Positions 1 to 11,144 of a DNA stretch of 64,000 nucleotides are shown piece after piece. Positions within the stretch are counted from its first letter, which is position 1. The number at the start of each line of letters is the position of its first letter. This stretch comes from Neoechinorhynchus agilis (lineage: Eukaryota; Animalia; Acanthocephala), in contig CM121342.1 of the NCBI GenBank assembly GCA_051530055.1, forward strand, positions 14,461,480 through 14,525,479, given 5' to 3'. The position numbers and the translations under genes are program-made. The notes beneath the pieces were generated by a model, which was given only the letters and a program-made list of their open reading frames with translations, was not told the DNA's origin and ran no database searches.

Positions 1-510
1 AAAGATTTTGCCGCAACTGTTCGTCTTTGTGTTCGCGTCTCAGGTATATAATGAAAAAATGGAAAAAGCAATGGTCACTAATAAAGTGGAACAGAGACTT
101 CTCAAAAAACAACCAATGGGATGCCTTTAAGGATAAAATGGGTGGTTTAATGGACGATGATGATGATGATGATGATGATGATCGACTAATCGTTGTGCGG
201 CATGCAATCATTTTAGGTAGTCGGACAATAGAATGTTAAAACTTATAACGTGCACTCTGTCGTTAATAAAGAAATTTCCTTTCTAAAATCCAAAACATCA
301 CAGAAAACGCGAGAGTAAAATATTTGTTGTTCTCTAAAGCGAAAGTTCATAAATATTCATTAGAAATAAATATCTAAGAAATGAATTTCTCAGTTTGGTG
401 TTTCAAATCCTAAGTTTTAGGCGGTCCTAAGAACCTTTTATCGTTCTAGGCTTCATCATTTTCGCATAAAAAAACATTGGGACTATTTCGTCGATTTTAT
501 ACACCTCACT
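1..510 (+). repeat. Inverted duplicate of 15147-15648 (part of a small unidentified gene plus flank; probably continues past the window start)
   Basis: 1-510 is the near-identical reverse complement of 15147-15648; visible differences include the GAT tract length and gtatata vs gtttata. Confidence 0.9.
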
Positions 511-826
511 CAATCCATAAAACTCTCTCAAAATAGACCATACTTTTTACGTGTTGTATTTTGATTGTTACTACTCTAAATTCAATGCGACATAAATTGT
601 CGTATTGGGGATTAAATTCGTTTGGTTAGATATGTTATTTCTTATGTCGCTTGTCAATATTATTGATATAACTGATACAATCGAGCATTGGCAAATTAGT
701 TGGAATAAAAAAATAAAATTGCGTAAAATCGATTTTTTCGCTGAAGCATTAAAGATGCTTAAATGTTCATTTAGACGAGGTCGTTAAAAAAGCATCACAT
801 TGATTCACACCGAGGTCTTAACAAAT

Positions 827-1009
827 GTTTCAGTTTCAATTAGCGATGTTTGATTAAGAAAATAGATTTATCTTAAAAAATTTCGACCTTTTCTTTGGTC
901 TTCTTCAGTCAGTTTTGTAAGCTTTGACTGAAGAAGGTCAACGAAAAGGCCGAAAATGTTCAAGATAAATCTATTTTCTTAATCAAACATCGCTAATTGA
1001 AACTGAAAC
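827..1009. mobile_element. Fold-back element with 48-bp perfect inverted arms and two head-to-head hammerhead-like cores
   Basis: 827-874 is the reverse complement of 962-1009. + strand CTGAAGA-A-GGTC..GGCC-GAAA at 928-955; - strand CTGAAGA-A-GACC..GGTC-GAAA at ~883-908. Confidence 0.75.
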
Positions 1010-1148
1010 TATAATGAATAATTTCTTTACAAAGTCTTAACAAATGTTGAGTATTTTTATATATATTTAAAAATGCCACCATCGTCACTGAGTAACTGCA
1101 CACTGACCTTTAATCTCCATTCGTCTGTATACAATTAGCTATTTGGTC

Positions 1149-2272
1149 TTATCGTTTGAATTGTGTTTCATCTCCTCGTTTCGGCCGCTTCGTTCCTTTA
1201 ATCCTCTGATCGAATTCGTCATCTTGAGCGCGAGTCAATGAGTTTAAATATAAAAGTAAATGTGTATACCATCTAGGTCACGTAATCGCTTCCTTAACAA
1301 TTCCTCCTGGCAACACTCATTGACCGTTTTTGCAATAATGGAATTTGTAGATATCATAAACAAATCCGTTACTAGTTTACACACAATCTTTAAAATTTTA
1401 AAAGCTCACGCTTTTATCGACCGTACTTTAAAGACTAAAATCAAACCTGTTTAACGAAGGGAGATGATATTGGAATACGGTCGCATTCCTCTTCACTTGA
1501 CGATGATTTCTAATAAAATATGAGTGAGAAAATGCGTTAACCATTATCTGACAGAGAAAGAGACTGTCCGAAGATTTTTCGTCAATTCATTTTACCTCCG
1601 CTAATAATAATGTGCTTTCACGATCGTCAATCTTACTGTTTAAACTCGTTTCTGGATCTCTTTTTGAACTAGCCTGTTTCCAAAATTTTATCAATACGTG
1701 CGAAGTAGACGCTATCACGCATTTCCCCAAAGTTAATTCCAAAATTGAAAATGCGACCTCTCTCGCTTAATGTAGCGTTAAATTATTCCGCTTTAAGGAC
1801 AAAGCATTTTCAATCTTCTTCAGAAGTAACGAATTTCAATGCTGGGAAACCCAACCTCATCTCTGATTTCTGCCTTTTCACTCATGGTGTCAAGTCCTTC
1901 TCTAATCCAAGCAGGGAGCCGTCGCTTGGTTGAGACTTTCTGAGGTAATTCCGATGGGGCTATGATTTTCTCCATAAGTCCCGGAATGGATGGCCGAAGT
2001 GGAGAATTCTGTGGGACGCATTGCTGTACGCGGTTCAATGGAGGTTGTACCAAGGGATAGGGGATTTCGTATCGAGGAAATCTATGCGACGGACAAAGAG
2101 GCGGCGGTCTACGATAATTGTAATAGGGATATGCGAATAACCCAGCCGGCTGAACCAGTGGTCGACTTAGAGGTCGCTGTTGTTGTTGAGCCCATCTTTT
2201 AGCTAAATCAGCCCAGTCCTGATTCGATCCTAACGGATTTCCGTTGACAGTCATTTGATTCTGAAATCCCAT
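1149..2272 (-). CDS. PNISR: PNISR-like arginine/serine-rich protein, multi-exon (junctions approximate)
   Basis: Motifs DWADLAKRWAQQ and RRLPAWIREGLDTM match the PNISR signatures DWAALAQAW and LPAWIREGLEKM. A later exon KIVCKLVTDLFMISTNSII resembles the LLTEILLDVT region. GT-AG introns lead to a TAA at 1149-1151. Confidence 0.7.
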
Positions 2273-2279
2273 GATTTAA

Positions 2280-3345
2280 TCGAAGTAAAATTTGAATTTC
2301 AAAAACCGCGCCGAAAATTATGAAACTATTTCAAGGAAAATAAAAACTATATTCAACACGAGGCTCTGTTTATTCCAAAACTGCTGTATAAACTGCGCAC
2401 AGCACCTTTTTTTTATAGATAAGAATAAGTTGGCAAAATCAGGCAAGACGGTGAAAGCCTCTCTCGGGAAAATTTTGAATACTCAGCTGTCAGGCGAGAC
2501 CTGGCGTAAAACGTTCTTGCCTGTGTCGTCCGCCGGTTTGGGTATCCGAAAAGCAGCCGATATTTCTCTGTCAGCTTATTTCGGATCGTATGAAGCAAGC
2601 CGCAAAGTAGTTAAATCCGTTCTTGGCGAGAATTACACTTTGGATGAAGATTTCGTGGAGGCGCTTAATCTTTGGTGTGAAGATTCAGGCAGCGAGCAAA
2701 TACTCGTCAATGGTTGCAAAAAATCAGTTTGGGACTAACCCCTGGTAGCGAGAATTCACAACTCTTTAATTTCAGATTCTCGTGACCTGGTGAACGGCGG
2801 CAGTCTCTACAAGAGAATCGGGTACTTGGCTCAACGCTATCCCAATCGTTTCTCTGGGTACCTTCCGACGACCTGAGACTTGGGGAACCGATGTATAAAC
2901 CCCATCGCTGACGTTGCGCAGCGATCGTGGAACAATCGGGATGCCATGGTCACGTCTACCGGCAATCAGGCGGAAGGTACTCACGACGCGCCGAAGTGAA
3001 CGCAATTCTCTTAGTCGTGCCCTGAACACTGCGAATGCGCCCAACATCCTAGAGCCGAGCTCCTGTGGCGAGAAGGAAAATGCCTTCTCTGGCACGCGCC
3101 ACCAACCGCCGCTGAGGAACGCAAAAGGACAAAATACAAGGACCTGAGTCGAAATCATTATTTCATTCCCTTTGATGTCGAGTCGCTCAGGTCGTTTGGT
3201 ACCACGGCGCAGGACCTGGTCAAGCAATTGTCTAAGAGATTGAGACGAATCACTGGCGATCAGAGGGCAGGAGCATTCCTTCTACAAAACATTAGTCTGG
3301 CTGTGCAACGAGGGAACGCTGCATTCGACCATTACACCAGGACGG
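2280..3345 (+). mobile_element. CRE-like non-LTR retrotransposon, 3' fragment, frameshifted
   Basis: LPVSSAGLGIRKAADISL, AWLNAIPIVSLGT, RHAEVNAILSRAL and FLLQNISLAVQRGNAA: post-RT and REL-endonuclease motifs. Confidence 0.85.
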
Positions 3346-4429
3346 CAGAATAAAACACTTAAAAGACCTCAAGAAGTCCGACGAGAGACGGACGAAATAT
3401 TTTTGAATTAATAAATCTCTATTCTTTATAATCAATCACCAAAGAACATATAAAAATGAACAACTTTTTGGCAAAAACAATATTTGAGTTGCCATGATCA
3501 TAATCAGTCCTCCCGAAAAAACATATTTTGAATCAAGATATTTCGAAAAAGAAAGTAATAAAGCTGTTCTTCGCGGTGAGAGTTCGTTGGCAAAAATCGA
3601 CTTTATTGCAATAAGTTTCATCCAATATTGATTATGATCATAACAATTCTAACTGTCTCTCAAAAACAAAATTTTGTTACACAAATATCGAAACAGACAA
3701 AAGCGAGCAAAAACGGAAAACCAATCCAGTTACGCAAATCACCTGAGTGACGAGATTCTCGTAAACAATGACGTTTTAACTGATAAAATGCAGATGTTCT
3801 TAGCTAAAAATCAACATATCTTCGAAAAATATTGGCAAAACGTTCAAAAATATCGAAGAGTAAATGACGCGCATAGCAACCAATGTAGCCTAACAGCTCT
3901 TCCAGATTCTACACGTCACAACGAAGACTTCATTTTTTTGTAAATCGACACGACAGTGAGGTTTCTAACGGTCTCCATAACGCGGAAAACCAAATCTTTG
4001 AGTTTTTTCCATACTATCAAATAAGTGAGCTGAGTTCAGTGTATTGAGTTGTTTGTTCATTAGAGAATAAAAAACAAACTCGATTTCTCAATAATGGAAC
4101 GAAAGCCTACGTAATCCATCGATTTAATTGAATGCTGAGCTCCGACATTACGCTCAAAACTTCGAAAGATATCAAATAATGACCCCCTTTTTTGATTGTC
4201 CGCTTCTTGGCTAATTCGTGCAATGTTGCGATCAATAGAGACGAGGGCGGTGAAGGGAGCTAGAGGATATCTTTTCTGCTATAGTTGGGCCAGAAATCGA
4301 TTTTACCTCCTTCGTCTTTTACCACTTATTCACACGGTGAAAACAAATTATGTATACAGCTTCCATACAGAGTTCGCGAGATTAAAGGAAACGCAGACGG
4401 TTAAAAAAATGAAGTGTTTAAATGAACTG

Positions 4430-7400
4430 CCGTGCGAGGGAGTCCTTATTCAAATGGAACGTTTTTACTACCAATTGATCGTTGATTTTCTGGTACAATT
4501 GGATTTTAAAGCCTTTTATAATCAATTCCGTCATATCAATTATTGGGTTTTACTTTAACTAACAATCGGTTTTATAGGATCACTTATAAAACGCCGCAAA
4601 ATTTTAAAACCCCAGACCTATTCATCGTTGATTTTACTCCAATTGGATTTTTAAGGCTTTGTAATCGATTCCGCCGTATCAATTTTTCCATTTTACTTTG
4701 ACTAACAATTCATTGTATAAGGTAATTTTTAAAAATGCAGCAATATTTGGAAACCCCAGACCTATTCATCGTTGATTTTAGTCCAATTGGATTTTGAAGG
4801 CTTTGTAATCGATTCCGCAATATCAATTTTTGCATTCTACTTTGACTAACAATTCATTGTATAGGATTACTTTTAAAAACGCAGCAATATTTGGAAACCC
4901 CGGACCTATTCATCGTTGATTTTAGTCCAATTGGATTTTCAAGGCTTTGTAATCGATTCCGCCATATCAATTTTTCCATTTTATTTTGACTAACAATTCA
5001 TTGTATAAGATAACTTTTCAAAATGCAGCAATATTTGGAAACCCCAGACCTATTCATCGTTGATTTTAGTCCAATTGCATTTTGAAGGCTTTGTAATCGA
5101 TTCCGCCGTATCAATTTTTGCATTTTACTTTCACTAACAATTCATCGTATAAGATAACTTTTAAAAATGCAGCAATATTTGGAAACCCCACAACTATTCA
5201 TCGTTCATTTTTTAGTCCAATTTGATTTTGAAGGCTTTGTAATCGATTCCGCCGTATCAATTTTTGCATTTTAGTTTGACTAACAATTCATTGTATAAGA
5301 TAACTTTTAAAACGCAGCAATAATTGGAAACCCCAGAATTATTCATCGTTGATTTTAGTCCAATTGGATTCTGAAGGCTTTGTAATCGATTCCGCTATAT
5401 CAATTCTTGCATTTAACTTTGACTAACAATTCATATTATAGGGTTATTTTTAAAAACGCAGCAAAATTTTTTAAACCCCAGATTTATTCATCGTTGATTT
5501 TAGTCAAATTGGATTTTTAAGCCTTTGTAATCGATTCCGCCATATCAATTTTTCCATTTTATTTTGACGAACAATTCATTGTATAAGATAACTTTTCAAA
5601 ATGCAGCAATAATTGGAAACCCCACACCTATTCATCGTTGATTTTAGTCCAATTGGATTTTTAAGGCTTTTTAATCGATTCCGCTATATCGATTTTTCCA
5701 TTTTACATTGACTAACAATTCATTGTAAAGGATTACTTTTAAAAAGTCAGCAATATCTGCAAACCCCAGACCTATTCATCGTTGATTTTAGTAATATTGG
5801 ATTTTGAAGGCTTTGTAATCGATTCCGCCGTATCAATTTTTGCATTTTATTTTGACTAACAATTCATTGTATAAGATAACTTTTAAAAATGCAGCAATAT
5901 TTGGAAACCCCACAACTGTTCATCGTTGATTTTTTGGTACAATTTGACTTTGAAGGCTTTGTAATCGATTCCGCAATATCAATTTTTGCATTCTACTTTG
6001 ACTAACAATTCATTGTATAGGATTACTTTTAAAAACGCAGCAATATTTGGAAACCCCGGACCTATTCATCGTTGATTTTAGTCCAATTGGATTTTCAAGG
6101 CTTTGTAATCGATTCCGCCATATCAATTTTTCCATTTTATTTTGACTAACAATTCATTGTATAAGATAACTTTTCAAAATGCAGCAATATTTGGAAACCA
6201 GACATCATCGTTGATTTTAGTCCAATTGGATTTTGAAGGCTTTGTAATCGATTCCGCCGTATCAATTTTTGCATTTTACTTTCACTAACAATTCATCGTA
6301 TAAGATAACTTTTAAAAATGCAGCAATATTTGGAAACCCCACAACTATTCATCGTTCATTTTTTAGTCCAATTTGATTTTGAAGGCTTTGTAATCGATTC
6401 CGCCGTATCAATTTTTGCATTTTAGTTTGACTAACAATTCATTGTATAAGATAACTTTTAAAACGCAGCAATATTTGGAAACCCCAGAATTATTCATCGT
6501 TGATTTTAGTCCAATTGGATTCTGAAGGCTTTGTAATCGATTCCGCTATATCAATTTTTGCATTTAACTTTGACTAACAATTCATATTATAGGGTTATTT
6601 TTAGAAACGCAGCAAAAATTTTTAAACCCCAGATTTATTCATCGTTGATTTTAGTCAAATTGGATTTTTAAGCCTTTGTAATCGATTCCGCCATATCAAT
6701 TTTTCCATTTTATTTTGACGAACAATTCATTGTATAAGATAACTTTTCAAAATGCAGCAATATTTGGAAACCCCACAACTGTTTATCGTTGATTTTTTTG
6801 TACAATTTGACTTTGAAGGCTTTGTAATCGATTCCGCCGTGTCAATTTTTGCAATATTTGGAAACCCCAGACCAATTCATCGTTGATTTAAGTCCAATTG
6901 GATTTTTAAGGCTTTTTAATCGATTCCGCCATATCAATTTTTGCATTTTACTTTGACTAACAATTCATTGTATAGGATTACTTTTAAAAACGCAGCAATA
7001 TTTGGAAACCCCGGACCTATTCATCGTTGATTTTAGTCCAATTGGATTTTCAAGGCTTTGTAATCGATTCCGCCATATCAATTTTTCCATTTTATTTTGA
7101 CTAACAATTCATTGTATAAGATAACTTTTCAAAATGCAGCAATATTTGGAAACCCCAGACCTATTCATCGTTGATTTTAGTCCAATTGGATTTTGAAGGC
7201 TTTGTAATCGATTCCGCCGTATCAATTTTTGCATTTTACTTTCACTAACAATTCATCGTATAAGATAACTTTTAAAAATGCAGCAATATTTGGAAACCCC
7301 ACAACTATTCATCGTTGATTTTTTAGTCCAATTTGATTTTGAAGGCTTTGTAATCGATTCCGCCGTATCAATTTTTGCATTTTATTTTGACTAACAATTC

Positions 7401-10400
7401 ATTGTATAAGATAACTTTTAAAACGCAGCAATATTTGGAAACCCCAGAACTATTCATCGTTGATTTTAGTCCAATTGGATTTTGAAGGCTTTGTAATCGA
7501 TTCCGCTATATCAATTTTTGCATTTTACTTTGACTAACAATTCATAGTATAGGATTACTTTTAAAAACGCAGCAAAATTTTTAAACCCCAGATCTATTCA
7601 TCGTTGATTTTAGTCCAATTGGATTTTTAAGGCTTTGTAATCGATTCCGCCATATCAATTTTTCCATTTTATTTTGACTAACAATTCATTGTATAAGATA
7701 ACTTTTCAAAATGCAGCAATATTTGGAAACCCCACACCTATTCATCGTTGATTTTAGTCCAATTTGATTTTTAAGGCTTTGTAATCGATTCCGCCATATC
7801 GATTTTTCCATTTTACTTTGACTAACAATTCATTGTATAGGATTACTTTTAAAAACGCAGCAATATTTGGAAACCCCAGACCTATTCATCGTTGATTTTA
7901 GTCCAATTGGATTTTGAAGGCTTTGTAATCGATTCCGCAATATCAATTTTTGCATTTTACTTTCACTAACAATTCATCGTATAAGATAACTTTTAAAAAT
8001 GCAGCAATATTTGGAAACCCCACAACTATTCATCGTTGATTTTTTAGTACAATTGGATTTTGAAGGCTTTGTAATCGATTCCGCCATATCAATTTTTGCA
8101 TTTTACTTTGACTAACAATTCATTGTATAAGATAACTTTTCAAAATGCAGCAATATTTGGAAACCCCACAACTGTTCATCGTTGATTTTTTGGTACAATT
8201 TGACTTTGAAGGCTTTGTAATCTATTCCGCCGTGTCAATTTTTGCAATATTTGGAAACCCCAGACCTATTCATCGTTGATTTTAGTCCAATTGGATTTTT
8301 AAGGCTTTTTAATCGATTCCGCTATATCAATTTTTCCATTTTACATTGACTAACAATTCATTGTAAAGGATTACTTTTAAAAACTCAGCAATATCTGCAA
8401 ACCCCAGACCTATTCATCGTTGATTTTAGTAATATTGGATTTTGAAGGCTTTGTAATCGATTCCGCCGTATCAATTTTTGCATTTTACTTTCACTAACAA
8501 TTCATCGTATAAGATAACTTTTAAAAATGCAGCAATATTTGGAAACCCCACAACTGTTCATCGTTGATTTTTTGGTACAATTTGACTTTGAAGGCTTTGT
8601 AATCGATTCCGCCGTGTCAATTTTTGCAATATTTGGAAACCCCAGACCTATTCATCGTTGATTTTAGTTCAATTGGATTTTGAAGGCTTTGTAGTCCATT
8701 CCGCCATATCAATTTTTCCATTTTACTTTGACTAACAATTAATTGTATGAGATAACTTTTAAAACGCAGCAATATTTGGAAACCCCAGACCTATTCATCG
8801 TTTATTTTAGTCCAATTCGATTTTTAAGGCTTTGTAATCGATTCCGCCATATCGATTTTTCCATTTTACTTTGACTAACAATTCATTGTATAAGATAACT
8901 TTTCAAAATGCAGCAATATTTGGAAACCCCAGACCTATTCATCGTTGATTTTAGTCCAATTGGATTTTGAAGGCTTTGTAATCGATTCCGCAATATCAAT
9001 TTTTGCATTCTACTTTGACTAACAATTCATTGTATAGGATTACTTTTAAAAACGCAGCAATATTTGGAAACCCCGGACCTATTCATCGTTGATTTTAGTC
9101 CAATTGGATTTTCAAGGCTTTGTAATCGATTCCGCCATATCAATTTTTCCATTTTATTTTGACTAACAATTCATTGTATAAGGTAATTTTTAAAAATGCA
9201 GCAATATTTGGAAACCCCACAACTGTTCACCGTTGATTTTACTCCAATTGGGTTTTGAAGGATTTGTAATCGATTTCGCAATATCAATTTTTGCATTTTA
9301 CTTTCACTAACAATTGATCGTATAAGATAACTTTTAAAAATGCAGCAATATTTTGAAACCCCACAACTATTCATCGTTGATTTTTTAGTCCAATTTGATT
9401 TTGAAGGCTTTGTAATCGATTCCGCCGTATCAATTTGTTCATTTTAGTTTGACTAACAATTCATTGTATAGGATTACTTTTAAAAACGCAGCAATATTTG
9501 GAAACCCCGGACCTATTCATCGTTGATTTTAGTCCAATTGGATTTTGAAGGCTTTGTAATCGATTCCGCAATATCAATTTTCGCATTCTACTTTGACTAA
9601 CAATTCATTGTATAGGATTACTTTTAAAAACATAGCAATATTTGGAAACCCCGGACCTATTCATCGTTGATTTTAGTCCAATTGGATTTTCAAGGCTTTG
9701 TAATCGATTCCGCCATATCAATTTTTCCATTTTATTTTGACTAACAATTCATTGTATTAGATAACTTTTCAAAATGCAGCAATATTTGGAAACCCCAGAC
9801 CTATTCATCGTTGATTTTAGTCCAATTGGATTTTGAAGGCTTTGTAATCGATTCCGCCGTATCAATTTTTGCATTTTACTTTAACTAACAATTCATCGTA
9901 TAAGATAACTTTTAAAAATGCTGCAATATTTGGAAACCCCACAACTATTCATCGTTGATTTTTTAGTCCAATTTGATTTTAAGGCTTTGTAATCGATTCC
10001 GCTATCAATTTTCAATTTTGAAGGCTTTGTAATCGATTCCGCCGTATCAATTTTTGCATTTTAGTTTGACTAACAATTCATTGTGTGGGATAACTTTTAA
10101 AACGCAGCAATATTTGGAAACCCCGGACCTATTCATCGTTGATTTTAGTCCAATTGGATTTTGAAGGCTTTGTAATCGATTCCGCCGTATCAATTTTTGC
10201 ATTTTACTTTAACTAACAATTCATCGTATAAGATAACTTTTAAAAATGCAGCAATATTTGGAAACCCCACAACTATTCATCGTTGATTTTTTAGTCCAAT
10301 TTGATTTTGAAGGCTTTGTAATCGATTCCGCCGTATCAATTTTTGCATTTTATTTTGACTAACAATTCATTGTATAAGATAACTTTTAAAAACGCAGCAA

Positions 10401-10620
10401 TAATTGGAAACCCCACACCTATTCATCGTTTATTTTAGTCCAATTGGATTTTGAAGGCTTTGTAATCGATTCCGCCATATCAATTTTTGGGTTTTACTTT
10501 GACTAGCAATTGCTTTTAAAAGACCACCTTTAAAACGCAGTATTATTTGGAAGCCTTGGACCAATTAATCATTGATTTTAGTCCAATTGGATTTTGAAGG
10601 CTTTGTAATCGATTGCACCG
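4430..10620. repeat. Tandem satellite array, 144-bp monomer, ~43 copies, with higher-order structure
   Basis: The TTGGAAACCCC anchor recurs every 144 bp (G at 4749, 4893, 5037). Ends are degenerate and some monomers carry deletions. Confidence 0.97.
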
Positions 10621-11144
10621 TAATTCTCTCAAGTCTCAACATTATTGGTCCTTCTATGTTTCACTATTATAAGCGCTTGTTTATAATTCCTGTAAGACAC
10701 AATCTCGTGCCTTCCCCGAATAAAACACAAACTATCTTGATCAAAACGCGTACAAAATTGTTGTTCCCAATTACCAGATTTAATAAATTCCTTTAATTTT
10801 TACGGGCTATAAACCGGCATAAATAGTATAATATTTAAACACGCTTTTAAACAGCCCGTTGTATAAAATCGGCTCAAACCCGCAGCAAGATTTTATAAAC
10901 CCAGCGGGTAAGATCGCACAAATTTATCCTGTTGTGCCTTAGTCACATTCATTGGCGTGTGTCACCTTCATATAAGCCTACGAGTCGCATACAAGCAACC
11001 TATGCTCCCTTTACACGCCAAAAAGTGTCGCGGTGGATTTTTACGCCTTTTCACTCCCCGTGAGCCCATATCTGCCGCACTCATTAGTCATCCCACCTTT
11101 ATTAAGAGACTATTTGACTCTGTCATAGAACATTGCTTTCCAAA

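Noticed and set aside
4196-4558. 120-aa ORF as a real gene
   Set aside because: It reads into the degenerate edge of the satellite; no motif support.
4430-10620. CRISPR array
   Set aside because: Contiguous 144-bp monomers with no unique spacers, no cas genes, and a eukaryotic context.
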